From: Carcharhinus amblyrhynchos
Taxonomy: Eukaryota
DNA: 64,000 nucleotides
Assembly (NCBI GenBank): GCA_965287045.1
Contig: OZ336882.1
Location: 44,206,001-44,270,000 of the forward strand
Direction of reading: 5' to 3'
Below the pieces are notes generated by a model that worked only from the letters and a program-made list of their open reading frames with translations, did no database searches and was not told the DNA's origin. Below are positions 24,634-37,186 of the stretch, in pieces. The position numbers were made by a program, and so were the translations under genes. The stretch's first letter is position 1; every line of letters starts with the position of its first letter.

Positions 24634-26961
24634 ATAACAGACAGTGACTCTAAGATTATGCAGAGTAACTAAAGCAATTAACAATACTCATCAAAACATT
24701 AAGTTTACAATGAATCTATATCCAGTTTGGCTATGGTTGATGTATAGTTGGCCAGTTAGGTGTGTCCAAATCTGTTTGCAGCAACTGTGCTCGAAATCTT
24801 GGAACGGTTTCCTCTGAGAAACAGGGAATGTCATTCCTAATTATCGAAGGTAATTGCATTTAATGAGGATGAGGCTTTCACAGTAACTGAAATGATTTTA
24901 TAATAGATAGTTTATCAGGCTTAAAGTTGTACCTTCAAACAATAGCCAGCCCTTGCAAACATACGTAGAATCTGCTATCACTGATCAATCCTTCTGTGAA
25001 CTGGCCGAATAATAATACTGTGATCTGAAAAGTAGAACATTCATACTTGAAATTATTTCATTTATAATTAAGATCTTTCAAAGGAACATGAACATTTATC
25101 ATTAACTTCTAGATACAAGATTATTAAATATACAAATACTTCCAATATACTTTGTAGATTGAAGATGACATTACACCATAAATAGAATAAAGATTCATTT
25201 TTCAATGATACTTGTATCAGAAGCAGAATTGATTTGATAAGAAACTAATGAGCTAAGTGTTTGTTTTTTTCTCATCTTCATAATAAATCAAGGTAAATCT
25301 ACCAAAACATATAGTGTCTCCTCGTGAGCGTAAATATTTTAATTGTAAATTAGATTTTTGTGTTCTTATAAACTTTCAGCCGAAGTGGCTCTTAACTAAT
25401 TGAACTAATTTAAATTTTGTAATAAAACTGAACAAAGTGTATTACTTTTTCATGCTTTCCATAAGTAATCACATCTTTTCTACAGAAATTTATTTATTTA
25501 ATAGGAATAGATTTACTGAGATAATTTTAAAATAATGTGCACAATAGTTCAGGCAGAAAAGCCTTTGTCGCGTCTATTCACACAATATTATTGCCACGAT
25601 AGAGACATATCCCAGCCCCCATTTCACAAACAGTATACACATGTGAACTGTGGGAAAGCAGTGAAGAGGTCTGGAATGGGGGACTGGAATTAAGAATAAC
25701 ATGAACTCCTGGGCAGTCGAAGAGTAAAGCATTTCCTTTCTTGGTGCTGAGATTTACTACGTCTGGTTTTGTATATGACAAAGGTTGGGCTTCACTGACA
25801 GCTGCTGTTTCCTCTCACGGCACGGGCTTTATAAATCCTCAGTTTCATGAGTCTGAACAAATGTCCTCAATAAAGACATATCTCCCTAAAGTTCAACATA
25901 AATAGAATCTCCAGCCTGCCTTTGTTTGCTTTTCGAATATAATAAAATGGGATTTAAAGAAACAAGCAAAAGCTTTCTTTTAAATGCTCTATCTGAATAC
26001 TTCCATGTACCTATGTAAGCATTGGCCATTTACAATTACACACTGATGTACTATTATTTTTGAATATGAATTTTTTTTTGTCTTATTTATTAGGAAAAAG
26101 AGAATTGTTCTGTCTAATGTTCGTTGGGTGCAGCTTTTCAAATGATGAGGAGAATCTTTTCAAAAAATGGTGGTGTGTTGTTTCTGGCAAGAGAAACAAG
26201 TCGGTTTTCCCTCCACATCTTAGGACACTGTGCCTAAAGAAAAAATCAAGGGTGTGTGTTTCATGCTGTCATGCAGAGGGAGGATGGGGGTTGATGGGGT
26301 GCTGCTGCCAGAGATTGGGTACCAAGTTTAAAGGACATCCTAATCAGAAGTTGAACGATCCTCCCATCCAGGCCACCACGGAGGTGTCAGGGGCTCCCCT
26401 TCCCACTCCTACGCAGAGTCAGCACTTCTCCATCGCCACCCTGATCATCGGCCCTTCCCCACAAACTCCCCACACCTGACCATTGCACCCCCCAACACAC
26501 ACATCTCCAGCTCCTCCTCCTGCTCTCAGCCACCACCACATACAAATTCATCCTCACCCCTCCCCTATGAGGCTCCTACTGGGACCCACCCTTTGGCACA
26601 GAGTGGCACTGCCAGGTTGGCACCAGGCCCAAGGGGCAGTGCAAGGCCATGCCTGGTCAGTAACCCCATAGGTTATACTTAATATTATACTCGGGCAGAC
26701 CCCTGCGACAAGTTCACTTCTAGGTGAACCAGTTGCAAACTTCACTGACATCATGTCAGCTTGGTGTCAATATACAGCAAAGGGAGCTGGTTAACGAGAT
26801 TTAAATTTATGGACATGAGGCTGATTACATTGCCTGCGAGAGGTGGAGAAGATCTGAAATCACAATCTCATCGGCGAGATCTTCGGACTTTCAGAACTTA
26901 AGCCCATGCGGCATTTGCACAGACTACGAGCGTGGACTCAAGATCCCCCCAATATATTCAA

Positions 26962-27540
26962 GTAATCTTCTTAGGGGCAATCCCTCCTGATTAATGACGA
27001 CTTGCAACTACTCCGGTTTGCTGAGTTCAGGATTGGCTGAAATGTCCAATGCATGGCCTATAGATTCTGCCACATGCAGGGCAGGTACTTGGGTTAATGG
27101 ATTAACTTCTGCACATTCCCGATTAAGTCTTTTGACGCTTTGAGTGCCTTCCTGAATGAACCGTCACCATTTTGGTCAGTCACAACCTAGAGACTCCCAT
27201 GAGTCAGCGGGGATGTTTGAGCATTTCAACTGTCTACCTGGGAGTCTTCTGCTTTTGAGGAGAGCAATTGCTTGGGGTACCTGGTATCAGGCATATAAAC
27301 TACATGTCCCACCTAGCGGAACTAGTTTTGAATGATTCACACAATGATGCCAAAAAGGTTGTCTTGGAAGAGGACGCTGTCATTAGCCATTGACAAGAGT
27401 CTTGAGGGCCCTGCTGGTGGTATATCTCCAGTGTTTTGAGTTTCCTGCTGTAGGTTGTCCAAATTTCTGAAGCATGTAGCAGTGCAGAGATCATAGCTAC
27501 CCAGTAAACCACAAACTTAGTGATGGTGTTCAGATCCTGA
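26962..27540 (-). mobile_element. RTE (BovB-like) LINE 3' fragment
   Basis: ORF 27300-27512 MVYWVAMISALLHASEIWTTYSRKLKTLEIYHQ matches the RTE motif VYRAVVLPxLLYxSETWTxYxRHLxxLExFHQ; A-rich taagaaga end on the minus strand. Confidence 0.8.
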
Positions 27541-28194
27541 GGTTCTAGTAATAGTTACCATTTCTTAACTACAAATGGGTTATGACTTATTTCAATAGAA
27601 GCAATATGATACTTAATTCTTGTGAAGTGACATATAGAAGTTGTGCATTCAGCCAATGGAATTACAAGTACATTAGATCAGGCCATTTCTTTGATTTGTA
27701 CAGTATTGTTTAGTCACAAAACACTGATAACAATTGCCTAATAAAGGAGTCAGTGTGTATCATGAAGTAATGTAGTAAAATTACTCTCATTGTTTTACGT
27801 ATACCTTAACACAACATGACAACAATTGCTTTTACGGCCTTGATCAAGCAAGGCCGGAACTTCCCACCTGATGTCAACGAACATTTCCATTGTCCACCCT
27901 TCTCCTCCTCCGATTCTGTGTAATTCCAATCTTTTTGCAAATGATTAAAAAGTGTACAAATGTATTTGGAAAATGTTAACTGTCCCCACCCTAGGGGAAA
28001 AACCGCCTGTTATGCACCCCACCTTTCCATTAAAGTTAAAATTAGTCTCAATTATGTCTGAATAAAAGACTGCTGCATACCCTTAAGCACAAAATTTTTT
28101 AAAAATCTTTTAATCAGATGTTCCAGAACAGTTTTTTGGCCATAACATCAAAGCAACTAAATGATAAGGCTTGAGGCATTGATTAAAAGTAAGT

Positions 28195-28428
28195 TAAGTA
28201 AAGTTTATTTATTAGTCACAAGTAAGGTTTACATTAGCACTGCAATGAAGTTACTGTGAAATTCCCCTCTTTGCCAGAGTCTGGTGCCTGTTTGGGTCAA
28301 TGCACCTAACCAGCACGTCTTTCAGAATGTGGGAGGAAATGGGAGCAGCCAGAGGAAACCCACACAGACATGGACAGAACATGCAAACTCCATACTGACA
28401 GTGACCCAAGCCAGAAATCAAACCCGGT
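28195..28428 (-). mobile_element. V-SINE 'B' subfamily (5'-truncated)
   Basis: tttatttattagtcacaagtaagg...gcaatgaagttactgtgaaa...gtgggaggaaa...gcaaactcc. Confidence 0.88.
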
Positions 28429-30009
28429 GATTAGGTGAATTAATTAAATAAATGACTACGATGCCATTACCAATGCGTCAATACAATAAAACAGTGCAAT
28501 TTGTGTATCATTCTAGACAACTAGTTCAAGACACACAGTTTATGATAATGGTTGTCTTTTATCATATGTTTATACAATGAACATTGACATTTAGAGGCCA
28601 ATTAAGTAATAGCATGTGAAAAGCACACGGATGAATAACCAAGTTGTTCGTTTACCAGACATGTGATATAAAGGTCTGATTTGCCACAACATTCTGACAG
28701 TTGTTTACAAAAACACAACATCCATCATGCCCTCATTCTGGCCATTTGCTTCACTTGCTGATACTTTCAAGTGGGCATAAATTTAACGTCTGACCCTAGG
28801 TAAACCATCAGAATTGCACGTCGGTTAAATTCCCAATTTTATCTAAGCAGGGAGCTTATGTGAGATAGCATCTTACAGGAATAAAATAGGTGCCTATCTT
28901 ACAGAACCAAAGCAGGAAATTATATAAATCCTAGATTTAAAGAATCTCAAGAATCAAGAACATTGCTTTTCCATTCAGCCATAAGCAAAAAGGTGCTTTA
29001 AAAAAGGAGATAAATTAAAAGGTTAAAATTGTTCAGCATAGAATAGAGCATCTAACATAGAGAAGTTGTGGTAATAAATTAGATCATTTATAATGTTGAA
29101 GAGGAAATGGCTTAAAGAAGTTGTAACACTCAGATTCTGTTGTTAAAGGGTATAATAGTGACCAGGTCTCTCAGCGATGAGTTTGAAGAATAATTATTCT
29201 CAATAAATAAATTTACAATGTTGTTAGTAACAAAACAATTATCCTCTCACTTCTATCCTGATTGGTTAATAATGGCAAAATGATTTGTATATCTGGAATT
29301 TTATGCAGCATTTTATACAACAGCATATTGTCACTTTTCCAGCAGTGTGACCAACTTTTAAAAGTTTAAGGTTCAAATATCAAGAGATGCAAATTAAAAA
29401 TAAAGTTAGGAGAAAGAAAATAAATTAATGGGATTCCAAGATGAATTAATAGAGAAGGTCTTTGAGAGACAACTAGATGTGTTCCTGGAGAGAGAGGGAG
29501 AGGCATACAGATACAATTGAGGGATTTGGTAATAAATTGGCAGTTGGACTTCAGATTATCAAAAATGGGCTTGTTGGTTCGAACGGTTTCAAGTATGTGC
29601 CTGTTTTACTTTATAGAGCTACAGTCTGAGGTAAATCAACTGAACTTCTCAATAAGTACAAGATATAACCTTTGAGTAATTGTAACTTTAATGCATACAA
29701 AACAAGCAAGTTCAAAGCTATGGATAGTTTAATACAGAGTACTGTTTCTCTGTCATTCTAAACAAAGTTAACTATTTTGTAGCTCCTTTAAATTGTTTGT
29801 ATATATTGTCCACTGACAATTAGACGTGACCCGGGGGCCAGGGTTTTTAGGATGGCATGGCTTCTTGTCCCATCATCTAAAGAGTCAGAGGTGAACATAT
29901 CCTCACTGACACGGTCGGTCCTGCAGCAACCTCATGCTTCAAGGTGTGTTAACGGGCTGCAGCCCATTAAACCTTCCCTTTTGTCATTAAACCTTCCCTG
30001 TCTTCCTCC

Positions 30010-30160
30010 CACTCCCAAACCTGCCCCTTTTTTTTCTTGCCTCCTCCCACCACATCTCTTACCTTGATATTTCTTAAAAAGTTACACATCTCCAACATTT
30101 TTTCCATTTCTGATGGCAAGTCACTGATCTGAAACATAGGTTTAATTTTTCTCTTCTGAG
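30010..30160 (+). mobile_element. Degenerate Penelope-related short repeat
   Basis: ctgatggcaagtcactgatctgaaacat is a decayed CTGATGA...GAAA motif; it appears related to 34819 and 51590. Confidence 0.4.
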
Positions 30161-31400
30161 TTGGAAATCAAGAGTCAGGACATTTCCTGACAGCTGTGGC
30201 TGGACCTGACCCCACTATCTTCATGGCAGGGTGGCAGAAACGGGTCAGCGAGGCTATGGCTTCCCACAGTAGGCCTGAGGTGGAAAGAAAGTTGGGCTGA
30301 CAATGAGGCAGGCAGGTTTGAAAGGCCACCTCCATTTTCTGGGACATTACCTACCCACAGATCTTATTCCCACCTACCAACATCATGCCCCCTCCATTCT
30401 CTTCCATACCATGTCCATTTATATTCCCCATACCTTGCTATCTCCTCCAGGTCCACTCACTCAGGCTGCACTATGGACATAACCCTGCAGCCCTCTCATA
30501 ACATTGGGAAGTTACGAGATGCTAATGATACTATCAAATTGAATGAGGAGTCATTCATTCAATAACCTCTTTAAAAAAATTACTTTTCCAAGTTGTCCAT
30601 GAAACTGTCAATCAAAATAAAGTTCAAAGCCCCCTTTTCCGCTCTGCCAACCATCCTTGCTAAACTGCAGTGAAATTTGGAATTCAGCCAAGTATTCATG
30701 ATCGGATTCCAATGCACAACTGAATCAACAAAGCTTGCAGAGCTGAATACTTCAAAGCTTGCTTAAGTAGTGGAACTGATTATCACCTGTTATACAGATA
30801 GGCTGAATTAAAGTCTTTTGAAACAGCCTGAACAGATGGGTATCAATCAGCTGTTTCAAAGGCTGAACAGATGACTGGAATGAGAATCAATGTAAAGATT
30901 AAAAGCACAGGGTTTAAATGACACATTTGCTGGGATTTTCTGACCTCCCTTTCCTCAGTCGTGGGAGGTGGCACAGCATACATAAAACAACATGACTGTA
31001 ATTTTACTATACTTCATGAAACATACTGATTCCTTTATTATGTAATGGTTATCAGTGTTTTGGCCAGCAGAGGATCTTCTGGTCCCGCCACTGTCAGTGG
31101 GATTTCCGATCAGTTGCATTACTGGAAAACACATAGCGGGATGCGCCAGTGAGATTAAAACATCCTGCCAGCCTGAAGAGTCAATAGGTCACTCCCTATG
31201 TGATCTGAATCTCAAAACTGTTGAATTCATAAAATGAATTAAGCACTCTAATGCATCTGTAAATGTCACTGAGTGGTCACTTACCTTGTAGGACCAAAGT
31301 CCTGTCATCAATCAGTGCATTGAAAACATACTTAAATCATCACACAGCAGCAAATGATGAGATGCTGCCAAGAACTTTTAAATTGGCCGGTCAAAATGTT

Positions 31401-31680
31401 CCTGAAAGCTAGCACGAGGGGGCATAGCTTTAATTTAAGGGGTGGTAGTTATAGGACGGATGTCAGGGGTAGGTTCTTTACCCAGAGGGTGGTGGGGGAT
31501 TGGAATGCCCTGCCTGCTGCAGTTGTAAATGCGCCTAGTTTGGGGGCGTTTAAGAGATCCGTGGATAGGTTTATGGATGGAAAGGGATTGGTTTAGGTTA
31601 GAGGGTCATTGCTTTTTAACTGGTTGGCGCAACATCGTGGGCCGAAGGGCCTGTTCTGCACTGTAATGTTCTATGAATTC
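31401..31680 (+). mobile_element. CR1 LINE 3' end
   Basis: STRGHSFNLRGGSYRTDVRGRFFTQRVVGDWNALP; 3' UTR gggccgaagggcctgttctgcactgtaatgttctatg. Confidence 0.95.
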
Positions 31681-31767
31681 AGAACAGGCACCCCCATGGT
31701 TTACAAATCCTCTGATCGTTCAGGCATAGCTCCCACAAGTTTCAGGAACCCACCCACCTCACTCAAA

Positions 31768-32092
31768 GAAGAGCAAAGAACAAAAACAGCCCGGGAAACA
31801 GGCCCTTCGGCCCAACGAGCCCGCGCCGCCATTTTAACATTACCAGCCCCCCCTCCACCCATGACCCTTATCTATAGTTTATGGCATTTCACATTGAGGG
31901 AAACTAATCTATGGACAATTTATTACCTCCAATCAGCCTAAATAGCACATCTTTGGGGTGTGGGAGGAAACCTGAGCACCCGGAGAAAACCCACGCAAAC
32001 ATGGGGAGAATGCGCAAACTCCCACAGACACTGACCCAAATCCATGTGTCTGCACGGCAAACAGTGATAGTCACTGAGCTGTCGTGTTGCCC
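31768..32092 (-). mobile_element. HE1-type V-SINE with CR1-derived tail
   Basis: caggcccttcggccc tail, V-domain gtgggaggaaacctgagcacccggagaaaacccacgc, degenerate tRNA head to ~32092. Confidence 0.8.
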
Positions 32093-33840
32093 AGCATCTG
32101 GTCCAGTTTAAGCACACGCTAACGACTTGAAGCACTGGGCTACTCTCGAACTTCCAAGAGCAGCCCCAGTACGACCCATCGCGTGTATGCCCCTCGTTGG
32201 ACAACAAGGCGGACTGACTTAAAACCTGTGAACTAAAAGAGAAAAACATTAGTATCACTCAAAATTTCAAACTGCAGGAAATATAGAAACACGGATGAGA
32301 CAAATTTCTGTCTTCATGCATGTTGTGTCACACTCTGTCACATTTCCCACATCAGTCAAAGTGGCGGCTGGTAGAAATCGGGAGGCGATTTCAGAATTCC
32401 AGTTCCCCACCTGTTCTCCTCCATGCCAGCCATAAGTTTACCACACAGCAGAACAGCAAAGTTTGGTCCACTATCTCTGAGAAAGATCACTTTTATTGGA
32501 GCTTTTCCTCTTCTCTTTATCACCCTTATTTCAATCTTCTCCTTTAAATTCATTTTCCTTACAAACTTTCTTGTTTCTTCTGTGTTTCATACACCTGTTT
32601 TTAATTCATTCATTACTGTGTTTAAAATGTTAAATCTGCTATTGCTTTCATTTGGATTTTTCCAATTATATGCTTTACAGTGTTTTTATTTCAGCCACAT
32701 AGATTATTGTCTTATCCATTTTCCCTGCAGCTTCCTAACACTCAACAAGTAGAAGACGTAACATTCAGAACTTGCTTACGTTAATAAGGCTTCATACAAA
32801 GGCACAGAGATGGCAACTTATATACTCAACTTTTCTGACATTGTTTACTAGGTGGTTCAACATTTGTACAATCCTTTTCTCCTGAGATGCACTTTCCCCA
32901 ATTAACTAATTGGATCTGCAATTGTTGGAGCCATTGTGACAATGTGCAGCAGCAATAGCATGCAGGAATGAGATAATGACATACTGACAAAGTCAAATGA
33001 TAAGCAGAATTCTCATCGGTGCTAGTTTGTTAATTAAGGGTAAACACTCTGAAGAGAACATGCAGATGAAAAAGCAACATATTGCCACATGAGAACCAGA
33101 TGCCTAATTATTACTCAAATAAAAGCCAAGTTGTCAGGGACAATTTGGTTCTGATTTATACTTTATTTTGGTTGTCACATACTTGGAGCCATGATGTTAT
33201 TGGTGTGAACTTATTTCTGGGTGATATGTTTGTGATGAGTTAGAACCCACAGATCTGACTTTAGCTTACGTGTCTCCTTGCAGTTTCTCACAGTCTCTCA
33301 GCTTTGTAATGGGGATAGATAAATAATTGAGTATCTCGAATAAGTTTTGACCACCAACATCAGAATTGTCAAATCTTCTATTTCCTGAACTAAGAATGCT
33401 GCAAAGTTTTGTTTATCTTTCCTCTTAGAACCAATTGATCAAGTGCTGTCGTGAAAAATCATTTTTTCAGCTGCCCTTTGGTCTTGAATTGTTTGAATGA
33501 GCATGAATAATTGTTCTGTCAACATCAATTCGAGTGGTGGACATTATTCGGCAAATTGCTATTTCTAAGCCACATGTTTATGGGTGGGGATTCTGGTGAC
33601 TACTGGTCATAGGGAATATTGGGAAAAAACATTCAAACTCAAATCTAACCTCCACACATTCAGAATGGTTCTAATCAACATTAATTCTCAATTTAATTTC
33701 TATATTGATATATTTGGGTAAACTAAATATTTGAGCCATTTTTTGGCCTAATGGTACCATGCCACCAGTTTTACATCCACTCAAGGTAATTATTTCTACT
33801 TCCCCCACTTGGTACATGAGAACAATCCTAGATCACTGAG

Positions 33841-34460
33841 GGTGCAATCTTACAGTCTTTGAAGATTTACTGATAATAGGATCAAAAGCAGACCCTAACC
33901 CCACTGGTGATGCTTGGCCATTCACCTGAGATCTTACTGGAGGGGGCCAATTAAGAAGCCACCGCTGGGATCACCATCCAATTAAGAGTGGTAGGTAGGA
34001 TTGGCATGCAGCTGGCCAGAGAGAGGGTTTGCAGCATTGTCCTGGAGAGGTAGACGCTGCTGATGAGGCAGGCAGGAGACTGTGAGAGTACCTCAATATG
34101 GAGACATCCTCAGAAAATATATGAATTGGTTAAAATTAATTGTGATCAGGCCATTACTGATGGAGGGGGGGTGGTCACCTCACAGGATGGCAGGCTGCTA
34201 CAGCTGTCACCCTGTGACAGAGGTGGCTTCAGGACGGGGTGTAGTACATAAAGGAAACTTTGCCTGCAGCATAGGACCTGTTGCAGCCTTCCCAATTGGG
34301 CTGCAAGTGACCAATTAATTGCTGCTAATAGACCAATCACCTGTGCTTATACGCCACCCGCAAGATCAGCACCCAAGTGAGAACATGGCAGCCTGTGGAC
34401 AATAGCCCAACCTCCTGGTCCTGCCTCAAGCCACTTCTCTGGTTCTTGTAAGATTCTACC
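33841..34460. mobile_element. MITE / non-autonomous DNA transposon (PIF/Harbinger-like)
   Basis: Imperfect terminal inverted repeats ggtgcaatcttac (33841-33853) and gtaagattctacc (34448-34460); TGA lies at 33837-33839 and 34461-34463. Confidence 0.55.
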
Positions 34461-34477
34461 TGAAGTACTGACCTGAT

Positions 34478-34809
34478 GGCAGCACTGCTGCCTCACAGTG
34501 CCAGGGACCTGGGCTTGATTCTGGATTTAGATGACCATGTGGAGTTTGTGTGTTCACCCCATGTCTGCATGAGTTTCCCCCAGGTGCTCTCATTTCCTCC
34601 CACACTCCACAAATGTACAGGTTAGGTGGAATTGTTAATTGTCTTTTTAGTGTTCCAAGATGTGTAGGGTCAGTGGATTGGCCATGATCAATTTGCAGGG
34701 TTACAGGGATAGGGTGAGGGGAAGGCCTGGATAAGATGCACTTGTTGGAGAATCAATGCAAACTTGATGGGCCAAATGGCCTCCTCTGCATTGTAGGGAT
34801 ACTATGATC
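34478..34809 (+). mobile_element. HE1 V-SINE (CR1 tail)
   Basis: agcactgctgcctcacagtgccagggacctggg head, V-domain, and tail gatgggccaaatggcctcctctgcattgtagggatactatga. Confidence 0.9.
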
Positions 34810-34818
34810 AACACTTAA

Positions 34819-34900
34819 CTGATAAAAGAGCTGTTAACTCTTTCTCTCTCTCCACAGAAGCTAACAGACATGCTGAGTGTTTCCAGTCTCTTCTGTTTTT
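34819..34900 (+). mobile_element. Penelope-related short repeat fragment
   Basis: gttaactctttctctctctccacagaagct...gctgagtgtttccag, homologous to 51725-51790. Confidence 0.55.
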
Positions 34901-35339
34901 AATAAGTTATTTTAGATGCTTTGACATTTAGCCAGTCAAGATTTGTGTGTAAAGATGTCTCATGTGCCCACACACGAACTGTTTAGCATGCAATTATTTT
35001 GAAATTTATCTGTAAGGATGGTCAACTTTACTGTGATATAAGAAACCTTTTAAAGGTTATAAATATTTATGCTGCTAATGGAACAGCTGCAACAATTTAA
35101 ATACTTCTGCACATTTTTGTAAATGGTTAAAGCTTTTAAATAAGAAAATTATTGAGAGAAGGATGGAAATAATATTTTATATGATTGTGAATAGATTAAT
35201 TTTGGTTACTTTACTTTAAAAATATATTAAATTAATAAGTTTCAGGGCCGTATAAAACTTGAAGATTTGTTTTAAATGAAAATTTTAGTCAACATAGCTC
35301 AGTAATGAATCTAAACATTTACTTACATCAGTGAAGGAA

Positions 35340-35650
35340 GGAAAAATAATGAATAAGGATTCCTTCAGCAACTTTCATGACTTCAGATTCTCCCAGAATG
35401 CATCACTGCTTTTTGAAGTGCAGTCATTGCTATAATGTGGAAAATGTGCCAGTCAGCCAATTTGCTCACAGCAAGCTCTCATAGAAAGCGATGTTGGATC
35501 CTTTACATCAATCAGAGAGGGTAGACATGATCTCAGATTAACATCTCAACTGGACACTGGCACCGGAGACACTGCAGTGCTCTCTCAGGACTGCGTTGGA
35601 CTGTAAGGCCACATGCTCAACTCTCTGGAGTGGGATTTGAATCCTACTGA
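35340..35650 (-). mobile_element. Degenerate DeuSINE (SacSINE1-like)
   Basis: ttttgaagtgcagtcattgctataatgtgg...cagccaatttgc...ggatcctttacatc...ctctggagtgggatttgaatcc is the reverse complement of the 11786 family. Confidence 0.7.
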
Positions 35651-36599
35651 ACTCCAGGGAGTAGAATTGTTCTGACATGGTAGACACCCATGCTGTCAAG
35701 GATGCATCTGGTCTACCTGCTATTGCAGCAGCTCTGGACTGTCCAGGGCTGGGATGGTGTAGCTAAGGCTAGTGGCCATGGTGGGGAGTAAAGTGAGGAA
35801 GAGGATGCAACCAAAGCACAGTTGTTCTCTTTTGTAGGGAAATCTTTTTTTTTATGTAGGGATCTGGTCATGTTTACACATCTACTGTTGGGTCAGCTGC
35901 CCCCACCCCTCCTCCACCCAAATAACAAACTTACAGTATCTGTATGCTGGGTCGTAATGAAGGCCAGGATCATTGGGAGTCTGATGTTCAAAGAGTCCCT
36001 ACCCTCAGCTCACCACCAACACCCCCCACCCCACCCTGGTACAATGGCAATATTCCAACCAGCCATGGATTTTCAAGGTCAGTATCTTGCGTAAATGTCA
36101 ATTTTCCCCATGATTTGTACAGACTATCCTATTTTGAGAGAAGTTTGACAGATTTGTAGATGGACAAGTTTGGAAAGTTAGTGCAATCAGAAGGAAATCT
36201 GACAAAAATCTGCAGCAAATTCACAAATAATATGAATGTGCTTGTGCCTTTTATCCCATACTATTGGCCCATGCAATTAGTTCAAAATTGCGTGAGCAAT
36301 GTAAAATCTCACTCAATGGGATTTTTAGTGGCCTTAATTGGTCCTCTGTTATCAGTGGGCATAGTGATGGCTCCCACCAACCTCAATATTGCGCGCAATG
36401 ACATCAAGGCATGTGCTACTGTTAATTTTGCACAAGTTTACATGATGCTCAGCTTGTATATGCAATACTCTTCTCCAAATTCCTTTATAGTATCTTATAC
36501 TGGATTTAAATGCAAAATCTAATCATTGAATTCTTACACATTAGAACTGATAATTCTGTATCTTGTTTCTTCTAAAATATTCCCACAGAATTAAGGTAA

Positions 36600-36760
36600 C
36601 CAAAGATGTGCGGGTTATGTTGATTGGCCGTGAAAAATTGCCCCTTAGGGGATTAGGAGGGCAAATGTGGGGTTACGGGGATGGGATCTGAGTAGGATTG
36701 TCGGTGAGAGTCAATGGACCAAATAGCCTCCTTCTGAGCTATAGATTATGTGATTCTATC
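36600..36760 (+). mobile_element. HE1 V-SINE 3' half
   Basis: caaagatgtgcgggttatgttgattggccgtg...tggaccaaatagcctccttctg...gattctat. Confidence 0.8.
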
Positions 36761-36767
36761 TATAACC

Positions 36768-37186
36768 AGGAAGAATGCCGATGCTTTTGAGAGGGTGCAG
36801 AGGAAAATTACCAAAATGTTATGTGAAGAGGCTTGAGACACTGGGGGTTTCCCCCTTGAGCAGGGAAGAATATGGAGAGATTTGATCAAGGTGTCTCAGG
36901 AATGTCTATAACCAAAGAACATGGATTTAATGTAATTGGCAAAAGAACCAGAACTACCTAGAGGGGGGAAAGTTGTGGCAAGTTGCTAATATCCAGAATC
37001 CACTGGCTGAAATGGTTGTGAAGCAGATTTAATCATAATTTTTGAAAGACAGTTGGACAATATAAGAAGATAAAGTATTTGCTGACCTATGTGGATAGAA
37101 CAGAGGATTGGGATTAACTGGGTAGCTCTTTTAAAGATACATTGGGCTGAATGGCCTTCTTCTGTGGTGTAAATTTTGATTCTGTG
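36768..37186 (+). mobile_element. Degenerate CR1 LINE 3' fragment
   Basis: gagagggtgcagagg (ERVQR), ggagagatttgat (GDLI-like), and tail gggctgaatggccttcttctgtg. Confidence 0.75.
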
